Positions 7,132 to 15,535 of a stretch of 16,510 bases of DNA are shown here, piece by piece. How positions within the stretch are numbered: the stretch's first letter is position 1; the number at the start of each line of letters is the position of its first letter. The notes below the pieces were generated by a model. It had not been told where the DNA came from and did no database searches. It saw only the letters and a program-made list of their open reading frames with translations. The translations under genes were made by a program, and so were the position numbers. This DNA comes from Chitinophagaceae bacterium (GTDB lineage Bacteria; Bacteroidota; Bacteroidia; Chitinophagales; Chitinophagaceae): contig SDZZ01000146.1 in NCBI GenBank assembly GCA_004173255.1, positions 1 through 16,510 on the forward strand. Direction: 5' to 3'.

Positions 7132-10100
7132 ATGGATGTAAAAGATAAAAACCAGGGATCGGCACTCGATTCCGGCACATACGAAATAATCAGGAACAGG
7201 CTCGATGCACAACGGGTCGACCTGGGTGCACGACTGGCGAAGCTGAATGCCGCGCGGCACGAGATCTTCAGCGCAACCGGTTTTGAACTGATCGCCAACC
7301 AGCGGATCACGACTGAAAACCATGGCGAAGCCCGTGGGCTGATTGCCCTGGGTGACCTCTGCATTTTTGGATACAACGTGCATTTTGGCCTCAGGGAAAA
7401 CATAAAACTGAGCGACGTATTCAGCGTTTACCGGTTTGCCAGCGACCATTTTGAACCGCAGCCGTTAACACTCATCGATGACCCGGGATTTATAACCGAC
7501 TTCACTAACCTGTACAAGTACTACCGGGATTCCCTTTTTGCCAAATTCCACCTGGCCGGAAATTACCTGTTCATGATCTTCCAGACCAGCAAAAACCCGG
7601 AAGACAAAAAGGCCTTCAAATGGATGATCAGGGGCAATACGCTGCAGTATGTCGATGATCGCAGCCTGCAGGAAGTGCAGAAAGCCCCGCAACACGACTT
7701 CCACTGGAACCGTACCAGCCTGGAAGACCGCCGGCTCGGTGTTCACCCGCATATCTCCATCCTCGATAAGGTGTTTATCGAAGCCATTGGTGGCGATATC
7801 ACTTTTAAAATTGAAAACAATACAGCCACCGGCCGCGGTATTTATTCCGAACCTGTGATGAACCGGGATCAGCAGCTCGATGATGCAGAATACTATTACG
7901 CCGATCTCGGTAACCTGATCGCCATAAAAATCCGCCCCTACCAGGAGGAAGCACGGTCGTTTATATTCAACATCCGTACCCGCGAAGTCAAACCAATCCG
8001 GATGCTCCTCGATGCGGGCATCCTGCTGCCCGACAATCAGGGTGTCATTTTCCCGAACGGCTACTACCTGCAGAACGGGGAGTATAAAATATTTGAGTCT
8101 GACCTTTCCAATCTCGAATTCATCAGGTCCATCGCGTCGCCCAACGGGGAAGACCTGCTTTACGTCTTTTACCAGGTGCGGCTCAACACATACGTGCTGA
8201 TGTCGTACAATATCATTTCACACCAGGTGGAAACGCCCATCATCTGCAACGGCTTCACCGTTTTTAACGATGGTAAACTGATCTACTTCCGATCCGAACA
8301 GGAGGCAGTACGCCACCACCAGGTGCAGATCTGGCAAACCCCCTACACAGCAGTGCTGCAGGAAAATGAAGCCATGCAGGATAATGTGCTGTTCAAGATC
8401 GGCAACAAGGATATCGTGAGCGCCATGTCGGAAAGCCACGAAATCATGCAGCTGCTGGGCAAGGAAGATTCATTCGAACGTCTCTACGAAGACATCAATA
8501 AAAAAGCCAATGACCTGGTCGACTCCTACTTCTGGATCAGGGATGAAGCAGCATTCAATCTTGCTGCACCACTCGAACAGATCCGGGATATAGCCGCTAC
8601 TGCCATTGACGAATTTGCCCGGGTACAGGCCCAGCGCCAGCATGCCCGCGACACCATGGCCGCCATGCAGAAAAAAGTGGAACAACTGGTGATCGATGTT
8701 AAAAACAGCGTGGTCACTTCCCTCGACCAGCTGGTAAAAATACTGGCGGGCGTTCGTGATATGCAGGGAGCGGTGATCGACCTGTCCAATGTAAAATATA
8801 TCCAGCCCGAACAGGTGGCTAAACTGAAAGAACTACTCGACCATTATAACGGCAGCCTTTCACAGGATACAATCAACTTCCTGCTGAAGGACCAGGCATT
8901 ACAGCCATACGAACAGAAAGTAACCGACCAGAAAGCCGCAGTGGCGAAAGTGACTAAAGTGGTCGAGGCCCAGGAAATTGAAAAAGCAATTACCGGTATT
9001 GCGGGCGAACTCGAAATGCTGATCGATATCCTCAACAGTTTGAAAATCGACGACAGCACCCAAAGCACCCGCATCATCGAGAAAATCTCCCTGATCTTTT
9101 CTTCACTGAATGAAGTGAAAGCCGACCTGGTGCGCAACATCCGCTCACTCCGCAACAAAGAAGCCACCGGTGAATTTTATGCACAGCTTACACTGCTGGA
9201 ACAGGGCATCGTAAGTTTCCTTGACCTGTCCACTACACCCGATAAGGCTGAGAACTATTTTACCAAGGTGAGCGTGCAGATCGAGGAACTGGAATCGCGC
9301 TTCGCTGACTTCCCCGACTTTGTGTTGAAGATCGCCGATAAACGGGACGAGGTTATCAAGGCATTCAACGTTAAAAAAGAAATGCTGGTGGCGGCCATTA
9401 ACAAACGGACCGCTTCGCTTGAACAGATCGGTCTGCGCGTACTGAAAAACATCAGCAACAAGGCCGCGTCTTTTGACAGCAAGGAAAAGATCTATGCCTT
9501 CTTCTCGGCCGACCTGATGATCGGGAAAGTGCGCAGCCTGGCCGAAGAACTGGCTGCACTCGGCGATGTGGCCAAAGCAGAGAATCTCGAAAACCAGTTG
9601 AAGCTGGCGCAGGAAGAGGCATTGCGCAACCTGAAAGATAAAACGGACCTGTTCGTCGACGGGCAGAATATTATTTCACTGGGTGACCACAAATTCGTGG
9701 TGAATAAACAGGTGCTTGACCTCAGTATCATCCGGAAAGACGAAAAATTATTCTATCACCTTACCGGCACCAGTTTTTATAAGGAGGTCAGCGCGGAAAA
9801 CCTGTATCAATACCGCAACATCTGGGAGCAGGAGATCATTTCGGAAAATGCAGCTGTGTACCGCGGCGAATACCTGGCCTACGAAACTTACCTGGCAAGC
9901 CTTTCAGCCGATACAGGATGGGATGCTGTCACATTTATCAATGAACGGGTAGAACGGGATTATACAGCTGCATATCTCAAAGGCGTGCACAATACCGATG
10001 CGCTGGCCATTTACCAGCAGCTGAAAACAATTTTCGATGCACTGGGTATTCTCCGTTTTGCCCCATCGGTGAGGGCTGCGGCACAATTATTCTGGTTCCG

Positions 10101-11976
10101 GCTCGATGTGGCATCACAGGAAAAACTGCAGCATTTAATTACAGCTGCCGCTTCTATCGAAGATAGTTTCCCGGGCAGCCGCCAGTACTCTTTTGTCATT
10201 GATCGTATCAGCAACCAATACAATACCCTGGCGGTTCCAGCCATCGCTTTAGCCGACGCGTCCGATGTTGCCGGATACCTTTACCGCGAATTTGCCACCG
10301 GCCGCAACTTCACTGCCAGCCAGCAGGCGGTTAAAATCAGGAAGGGGTTCAATGATTTTTTACTGTCAAATAAAAAACTCGAACTCTTCAGGCAGGACTC
10401 GGAAAACGGTTCGTTCAGCCTGGAAGAAAAGTTTTTTGTGATCCAGAACTGGCTGCAGGCATTTTTAGCAAAAGATGGTGGCGACCAGTTGTACATTACC
10501 GAGGCTGTATGCCTGCTGCTGTTCCGCGATCATGCCTACCGTGAACGACCGGCCAACGACCACGCAGTGGTGGGCAATCTTAAAGGCAGCCACGGGGTCA
10601 TTGTTGAACAGCAATACCAGCTCCACTTTCATCGCTTCCTGGAAAAAATGTCCGGCTATACCTCTGCTATTGTGCCCGCATTTACGGCGTTCAATCAACT
10701 GAAGACGGAGCTGGCCGCTGCTTATCGCCAGCAACTGCGGATCAACGAATTTGAGCCGCGTGTGCTGAGTTCGTTTGTACGAAACCGGCTTATCAATGAA
10801 ATATATTTCCCGCTCATCGGTGGCAATCTTGCCAAACAGATCGGCAGTGCGGGCGATGATAAACGCACAGCCCGGATGGGCATGTTGCTGCTGGTATCCC
10901 CTCCCGGCTATGGTAAGACCACCTTGATGGAATATCTGTCCCGTACTATGGGATTACATTTTGTAAAAATCAACGGGCCGACTATCGGTCACAGCATTAC
11001 ATCGATCGACCCCGTGGAAGCCACCACCTCCGGTGCCAGGGAAGAACTGAAAAAGATCAACCTGGCCATGGAGATGGCAGACAACGTGATGTTGTATCTC
11101 GACGATATCCAGCACTGCAGTGCCGAGTTCCTGCAGAAGTTTATTTCGCTGGCCGATGGCCAGCGCAAGATGGATGGCATTTTTGAAGGCAACAGCCGCA
11201 CCTACGATCTTCGCGGCAAAAGATTCTGCATTGTGATGGCCGGTAATCCATACACGGAAAGCGGCGAACAATTCAAAATCCCGGACATGCTGGCCAACCG
11301 GGCGGATGTGTACAACCTCGGCGATGTGATCGGTTCATCAGACCAGTTATTTAACCTGAGCCTGGTTGAAAATGCAGTAGCGGAGAACCGTTACCTGCAA
11401 AGGATTACCAACCGGAGTTTTGATGACCTCTATAAACTGGTTGATTACCTGGAAACCGGTGCAGAAATGATGCCGGTGCTGGAAGGCAATTACGTGGGCC
11501 AGGAAGTGGACGATGCGCTGGCTGTATTGAAAAATGTACTGGAAGTACGCAAAGTGGTGATCCAGGTGAACCAGCATTATATCGCCAGCGCTGCCATGAA
11601 AGATAGTTACCGTACAGAACCCGCATTCAAACTGCAGGGCTCTTATCGCAATATGAATAAGATGGTTGGTAAAATTGTACCAATGATGAACCGGCAGGAA
11701 GTGGATACATTAATGCTGTCCCACTATGAAAGCGAATCACAGACGCTCACCTCCGATGCCGAGGCAAACCTGCTGAAGTTAAAAGAGCTGATGGGTAACC
11801 AGTCGGACCAGGAACGCCAGCGCTGGGAACAGATCAAAACCATTTTTCGAAAGAATAATAAGTTCGGCGGACTGGATAGCAGCGACACATCAGGTCAGAT
11901 GCTGATGCAGCTCAGTAGTTTTAATGAACACCTGGAAGCAATTGCGAGTGCAATGCAGAATGGCAAAACAAAATAA
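7132..11976 (+). CDS. Giant (about 1615 aa) uncharacterised protein with a C-terminal MoxR/AAA_5 (dynein-related) type ATPase domain
   Basis: The ORF is 4.85 kb and uninterrupted. The track starts it at GTG 7123, but ATG 7132 is more likely. Walker A is LLLVSPPGYGKTTL (G-Y-G-K-T at nt 10906-10920). Walker B is VMLYLDDIQ (nt about 11091-11111). IVMAGNPYTESGEQFKIPDMLANRADVYNL resembles the MoxR/AAA_5 ATxNP...LPxAxLDRF sensor/arginine region. Before the ATPase there is a roughly 430-aa beta-rich N-terminal region and roughly 800 aa of mostly helical/coiled-coil sequence. After it there is a roughly 200-aa C-terminal tail. Confidence 0.9.
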   Translation: MDVKDKNQGSALDSGTYEIIRNRLDAQRVDLGARLAKLNAARHEIFSATGFELIANQRITTENHGEARGLIALGDLCIFGYNVHFGLRENIKLSDVFSVYRFASDHFEPQPLTLIDDPGFITDFTNLYKYYRDSLFAKFHLAGNYLFMIFQTSKNPEDKKAFKWMIRGNTLQYVDDRSLQEVQKAPQHDFHWNRTSLEDRRLGVHPHISILDKVFIEAIGGDITFKIENNTATGRGIYSEPVMNRDQQLDDAEYYYADLGNLIAIKIRPYQEEARSFIFNIRTREVKPIRMLLDAGILLPDNQGVIFPNGYYLQNGEYKIFESDLSNLEFIRSIASPNGEDLLYVFYQVRLNTYVLMSYNIISHQVETPIICNGFTVFNDGKLIYFRSEQEAVRHHQVQIWQTPYTAVLQENEAMQDNVLFKIGNKDIVSAMSESHEIMQLLGKEDSFERLYEDINKKANDLVDSYFWIRDEAAFNLAAPLEQIRDIAATAIDEFARVQAQRQHARDTMAAMQKKVEQLVIDVKNSVVTSLDQLVKILAGVRDMQGAVIDLSNVKYIQPEQVAKLKELLDHYNGSLSQDTINFLLKDQALQPYEQKVTDQKAAVAKVTKVVEAQEIEKAITGIAGELEMLIDILNSLKIDDSTQSTRIIEKISLIFSSLNEVKADLVRNIRSLRNKEATGEFYAQLTLLEQGIVSFLDLSTTPDKAENYFTKVSVQIEELESRFADFPDFVLKIADKRDEVIKAFNVKKEMLVAAINKRTASLEQIGLRVLKNISNKAASFDSKEKIYAFFSADLMIGKVRSLAEELAALGDVAKAENLENQLKLAQEEALRNLKDKTDLFVDGQNIISLGDHKFVVNKQVLDLSIIRKDEKLFYHLTGTSFYKEVSAENLYQYRNIWEQEIISENAAVYRGEYLAYETYLASLSADTGWDAVTFINERVERDYTAAYLKGVHNTDALAIYQQLKTIFDALGILRFAPSVRAAAQLFWFRLDVASQEKLQHLITAAASIEDSFPGSRQYSFVIDRISNQYNTLAVPAIALADASDVAGYLYREFATGRNFTASQQAVKIRKGFNDFLLSNKKLELFRQDSENGSFSLEEKFFVIQNWLQAFLAKDGGDQLYITEAVCLLLFRDHAYRERPANDHAVVGNLKGSHGVIVEQQYQLHFHRFLEKMSGYTSAIVPAFTAFNQLKTELAAAYRQQLRINEFEPRVLSSFVRNRLINEIYFPLIGGNLAKQIGSAGDDKRTARMGMLLLVSPPGYGKTTLMEYLSRTMGLHFVKINGPTIGHSITSIDPVEATTSGAREELKKINLAMEMADNVMLYLDDIQHCSAEFLQKFISLADGQRKMDGIFEGNSRTYDLRGKRFCIVMAGNPYTESGEQFKIPDMLANRADVYNLGDVIGSSDQLFNLSLVENAVAENRYLQRITNRSFDDLYKLVDYLETGAEMMPVLEGNYVGQEVDDALAVLKNVLEVRKVVIQVNQHYIASAAMKDSYRTEPAFKLQGSYRNMNKMVGKIVPMMNRQEVDTLMLSHYESESQTLTSDAEANLLKLKELMGNQSDQERQRWEQIKTIFRKNNKFGGLDSSDTSGQMLMQLSSFNEHLEAIASAMQNGKTK

Positions 11977-11978
11977 TG

Positions 11979-12225
11979 GTCATCCTGTAAGGATCAGGTT
12001 GTCATCCTGCAAGGATCAGGTGGCGATTGTCATCCTTTAGGGATCAGGTTGTCATCCTGTAAGGATCAGGTTGTCATCCTGAAAGGATCAGGTTGTCATC
12101 CTGTAAGGATCAGGATGCATCCTGTAAGGATCAGGTTGTCATCCTGTAAGGATAAGATTGTCATCCTGCAGGGATCACGTTGTCATCCTGTAAGGATTAG
12201 GTTGTCATCCTGTAAGGATCACTCG
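11979..12225. repeat. Tandem repeat array 2: 11 units of 22 bp (consensus GTCATCCTGTAAGGATCAGGTT)
   Basis: The array is head-to-tail with no spacers. It begins 3 nt after the giant gene's TAA stop. One unit carries a 6-nt insertion (GCGATT), one is 21 nt long, and scattered point variants occur. Each unit contains the small hairpin ATCCT-GTA-AGGAT. The ORF 12049..12273 (+) is a translation artefact of the array. Confidence 0.9.
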
Positions 12226-12232
12226 GCGGTTG

Positions 12233-12718
12233 TCAGATCTTCAGGTTCTTTATGGGCGGACCAACACGCGTAAACCCATGTTCCTGCCGTAATGCTTCCC
12301 GCTGTTCTTCGGTCATATCTTTCAGCACGCCTTGCGCACTTAATTTAAAAAATGCTTCCATCTTGCCTGCGGGCTGGAATCCCATCATCAACTTGGCTTC
12401 GCCTTCACCCACTTTGCAGAATGCATGGGGTACACCGCGCGGGCCAAATACAAAGTCGCCCGGTTTAGCAGTAAAATCCTTGCCGCCTACGCGGAATAAA
12501 AATTCACCGGTCATTACATACCACCATTCGTCCTGCGTGGCATGCACATGATAGGATTCCATCAGCGAAAGCGGCTGGTCCAACCGGTCCTTCCCCGCAT
12601 CCACCTTATACCCTTTTGCATCGCGGTTGAACCGGAACCCGTTCGCCAGGGTTCGCATCGGGACTAACGCAACTGAACCTGCGGCCAGCAGGAGTTTCAT
12701 AAAGCTGTTTCTTTTCAT
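12233..12718 (-). CDS. Secreted cupin-domain protein
   Basis: 161 aa. Signal-peptide-like N-terminus MKRNSFMKLLLAAGSVALVP. Cupin motif 1 is HVHATQDEWWYVMTGE and motif 2 is PGDFVFGPRGVPHAF. Confidence 0.8.
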   Translation of the reverse strand: MKRNSFMKLLLAAGSVALVPMRTLANGFRFNRDAKGYKVDAGKDRLDQPLSLMESYHVHATQDEWWYVMTGEFLFRVGGKDFTAKPGDFVFGPRGVPHAFCKVGEGEAKLMMGFQPAGKMEAFFKLSAQGVLKDMTEEQREALRQEHGFTRVGPPIKNLKI

Positions 12719-12812
12719 TGTCTGTAATTGTGAGGAAAAGCTACGTAATTCCCCGATACAGAAGTATCCCCTCTTCGTGGTAGGATTTCGCGGTTAACCA
12801 ATCCTGAAGAAA

Positions 12813-13724
12813 TTAAAGCACGGCGCCGTCTTGCTGTAAAGAACTCATTGTATACTCCGGCCATGCCCCCTTTTTGGTCGCCACGAACGATCCGAGCTGA
12901 CACGCAAAAGCAAGTGCATCCTGCACTCCCTTCCCATTAATCACCGAATATAGAAACCCCGCCAGGAAAGAATCACCGCTGCCGACCGTATCGGCTACCT
13001 GCACTTTAAAACCCGAATGTGAAGCCCATTCGTCTTTATAACAAACCATTGCACCATTCGCGCCGCGTGTAACCAGCACCGACCTGATCCCGAACTTTTC
13101 CCGTACAAGATTTACCTGGCCTTGCATATCGCCTGCTTGTCCATACCAGCTGCTGATCAGCTCCAGTTCCTCTTCATTCATTTTGAGCAGATCTGCCTGT
13201 TCCATCAGTGTCTCGAGTGTATCGCGCGTATAATGCGGTGCCCGCAGGTTGATGTCCAGGATTTTTTCTTTAGCATGCCCGAGTAACTCGATCAGGGCGG
13301 CACGCGAATCTTCGCGGCGGGCAACCAGGCTTCCGTAAATAAAGTAGGCAGACTCTTCCACCAGTTTCAGCAGCGAGGGAATCACGGTGATATGGTCCCA
13401 TGCTGCTAAATCGGCAAATTCATACTTCATATCGCCGTTTGCATCCGGTGTTGCATTGACCACACCAGTCGGAATGGCCAGATCGACCTGTACATGGGAA
13501 GTATCTACCTGCAGTCCGTGAAGTATCGACATCAGTTCATCGCCCCGTTCATCGGACCCAAGGCGGGTAATGAGTTGCGGATTCAACCCGAGCGTATGCA
13601 GGTGATAGGCTACATTCATGGGTGCACCACCTGGCAAAGCGCCCGTTGGCAGCAGGTCCCAGAGGATCTCACCGAAGCAGACGATGGTCGGTGTATTTTC
13701 AATATGGCTTGTCATGGTGTCCAA
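12813..13724 (-). CDS. PfkB-family carbohydrate kinase (fructokinase/ribokinase-like)
   Basis: 303 aa. The N-terminus has a PfkB-type GG motif context (IVCFGEILWDLLP). The C-terminus has PfkB signature 2 (DTVGSGDSFLAGFL). Confidence 0.85.
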   Translation of the reverse strand: MDTMTSHIENTPTIVCFGEILWDLLPTGALPGGAPMNVAYHLHTLGLNPQLITRLGSDERGDELMSILHGLQVDTSHVQVDLAIPTGVVNATPDANGDMKYEFADLAAWDHITVIPSLLKLVEESAYFIYGSLVARREDSRAALIELLGHAKEKILDINLRAPHYTRDTLETLMEQADLLKMNEEELELISSWYGQAGDMQGQVNLVREKFGIRSVLVTRGANGAMVCYKDEWASHSGFKVQVADTVGSGDSFLAGFLYSVINGKGVQDALAFACQLGSFVATKKGAWPEYTMSSLQQDGAVL

Positions 13725-13733
13725 ATGTAATGA

Positions 13734-14579
13734 TTAATGGGTAACAGGATTGGGCAACTCACGGCCCTCGAGACCTGCCAGCATGTTGCTGGCCGCGATC
13801 CTGGCCATGGCGGTCCTGGCCTCCACCGTTGCAGAACCGATATGCGGAAGTACCGCCACATTGGGCAGGTCGAGCAGTGGGTTGGATGCCAGCATGGGCT
13901 CCGGATTGGTAACATCCAGTCCCGCCCCCCAGATCAATCCCTGCTGCAGGGCATGCAGCAGGTCGGTTTCATTGTGTAACCCGCCCCGGCCGGCATTAAT
14001 AAAAATGGCGGAAGTTTTCATCTGCGCAAATACCTTTTTATCAAACAACCCTTTGGTCTGCGGCGTTAAAGAGGCATGCACGCTGAGCACATCACTTTGT
14101 CGCAGCAATTCTTCAAACGAAACATAGCTGGCACCAAGTACCTGTTCTGCTTCCGCGTTGACGGACCTGTTGTGGTAAATGATCTTCATACCGTATGCGC
14201 CCTGGCACCGTTTCGCCATTTCGAGACCTATTTTACCAAGGCCGAACACGCCAAGGGTTTTACCCGAAAGCTCCACTCCCAGGTTGGCGGTCGGATCATA
14301 AAATCCCCAGTTGCCTGCAGCGATCTGTTTATGCAGGAAGAACGCTTTTCGTGAAACGGCCAGCATGAGCAGGAAGGCAGTATCGGCGGTGGCCGCGCTG
14401 AGTACAGCCGGGGTATTACTAACCGGAACATTGGCACGTCCATCCTGGTCCTGGCAGGTCCGGATCAGTTCTTCCTGGGTGAGTTCCCTTTTTTCAGTAT
14501 GGATCGTAAGGGTGTGACCGGCATTGCGCAGCATAGCCAGGCCTTCATCCGGTAATACACGGGTAACGAAAATTTTCAT
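13734..14579 (-). CDS. D-isomer-specific 2-hydroxyacid dehydrogenase (glyoxylate/hydroxypyruvate reductase-like)
   Basis: NAD-binding G-x-G-x-x-G (GVFGLGKIGLEMAKR). The catalytic-region motif (LLHALQQG.IWGAGLDVTNPEP...LPHIGSAT) is typical of D-2-HADH. The start is probably at MKIFVTR (14579) rather than the track's 14609. Confidence 0.85.
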   Translation of the reverse strand: MKIFVTRVLPDEGLAMLRNAGHTLTIHTEKRELTQEELIRTCQDQDGRANVPVSNTPAVLSAATADTAFLLMLAVSRKAFFLHKQIAAGNWGFYDPTANLGVELSGKTLGVFGLGKIGLEMAKRCQGAYGMKIIYHNRSVNAEAEQVLGASYVSFEELLRQSDVLSVHASLTPQTKGLFDKKVFAQMKTSAIFINAGRGGLHNETDLLHALQQGLIWGAGLDVTNPEPMLASNPLLDLPNVAVLPHIGSATVEARTAMARIAASNMLAGLEGRELPNPVTH

Positions 14580-14614
14580 CCTGCAATTTACCAAAAGCGC
14601 AGGCGGCAAAAAAA

Positions 14615-15535
14615 TCAGGCCATCGAGTCCTGATTCTCGGACTGATAGCTATTGGAATCCTGGAAAATGCGCATCTTACTGTACAGGGTCTTTCGGCTGA
14701 TCTTCAGGATTTCAGCGGCTTTGCGTTTGTTATTACGTGTTTCGTACAATGTTTTGCAGATAAGATCATACTCGGCTTTAAGCACTGCTTTTTTAAGGAA
14801 CAACGGGTCGTGCGACTGGTAGGAGCGCACAGCCGCAGGCAGCAGCCGGGGCGCAACAGGTACCCCGTTTTCACCAAGGAACACAGCATCACGCACCAGC
14901 TCCCTCAACTCGTACAGGTTACCTGGCCACGCATAATTGCCCAGTATCTCCATCGCCTCCTCACTGAAACCAGGCACTTCCCGATTCCATTCCAGGTTTG
15001 TTTTTGCAAGGAAGTAGTTCAGGAAAAACTGGATGGTCTTTTTATTATGCCGAAGGGGAGGTATAGCGAGTGTGTTTTTTTCCGGTATGACAGCCAGCTG
15101 CTCGTGGGGGCTACGTGTGCCCCCGGTTTTACTGAGGCCGGTTATTATGCGGCACTGCAGGACATCAGAGATTCGGGGCAGGAACTGTTCCTGTTCCTCG
15201 AAGGGCAACTCGCTAAAATTATTCAGCCACACCGTACCGCCCCGGATGGATTCCAGGAGTCCCTCATCGGCCAGTTTCTGTAACTCCGCAAATTCCCTGC
15301 GAATAGGCTGCGAAAGCTCTACCAGCGCAGGATACGCAGCCGAGGTGATGCAGTTGATTATAAGGAATGGCCGCTCGTTGCGCTCACTCAGGTCATGGAT
15401 AAGTTCAGCAATCCATTCCCTTCCTGAATCTTTGGGCCCGGCCAGTATCACCGGCAGGTCATTAGCAGCAATCGTGTTGACCTGTTCCACAAAACCCGGT
15501 ATCATTACCTGGGTATTATTCATTTCTGTTTCCAT
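14615..15535 (-). CDS. Sigma54-activator (NtrC/EBP)-like regulator with degenerate ATPase motifs and C-terminal Fis-type HTH. It has no receiver domain
   Basis: 306 aa. YAWPGNLYELRELV matches the EBP Y-x-WPGN-x-REL motif. The C-terminal AEILKISRKTLYSKMR is a Fis-type HTH. Walker A is GPKDSGRE (versus GESGTGKE) and Walker B is WLNNF (versus FLDEI). There is no GAFTGA motif, so it probably cannot hydrolyse ATP or contact sigma54. Confidence 0.75.
   Translation of the reverse strand: METEMNNTQVMIPGFVEQVNTIAANDLPVILAGPKDSGREWIAELIHDLSERNERPFLIINCITSAAYPALVELSQPIRREFAELQKLADEGLLESIRGGTVWLNNFSELPFEEQEQFLPRISDVLQCRIITGLSKTGGTRSPHEQLAVIPEKNTLAIPPLRHNKKTIQFFLNYFLAKTNLEWNREVPGFSEEAMEILGNYAWPGNLYELRELVRDAVFLGENGVPVAPRLLPAAVRSYQSHDPLFLKKAVLKAEYDLICKTLYETRNNKRKAAEILKISRKTLYSKMRIFQDSNSYQSENQDSMA

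Noticed and set aside
8012-11626. Numerous 60-105-aa ORFs on both strands inside the giant gene
   Set aside because: All are embedded in a 4.85-kb uninterrupted ORF with recognisable ATPase motifs. None has independent support.
11979-12225. Possible CRISPR array or coding ORF 12049..12273 (+)
   Set aside because: The units are contiguous 22-mers with no spacers. The 74-aa ORF translates to reiterated VRIR/SSCKD peptides purely because of the repeat, so it is an artefact.
2210-12230. A complete integrative element or prophage at the tRNA
   Set aside because: No integrase, excisionase, transposase, phage structural genes or detectable att direct repeat were found in the window. Only the adjacency to a tRNA and the accessory nature of the cargo suggest horizontal origin, so this is reported as a low-confidence finding only.
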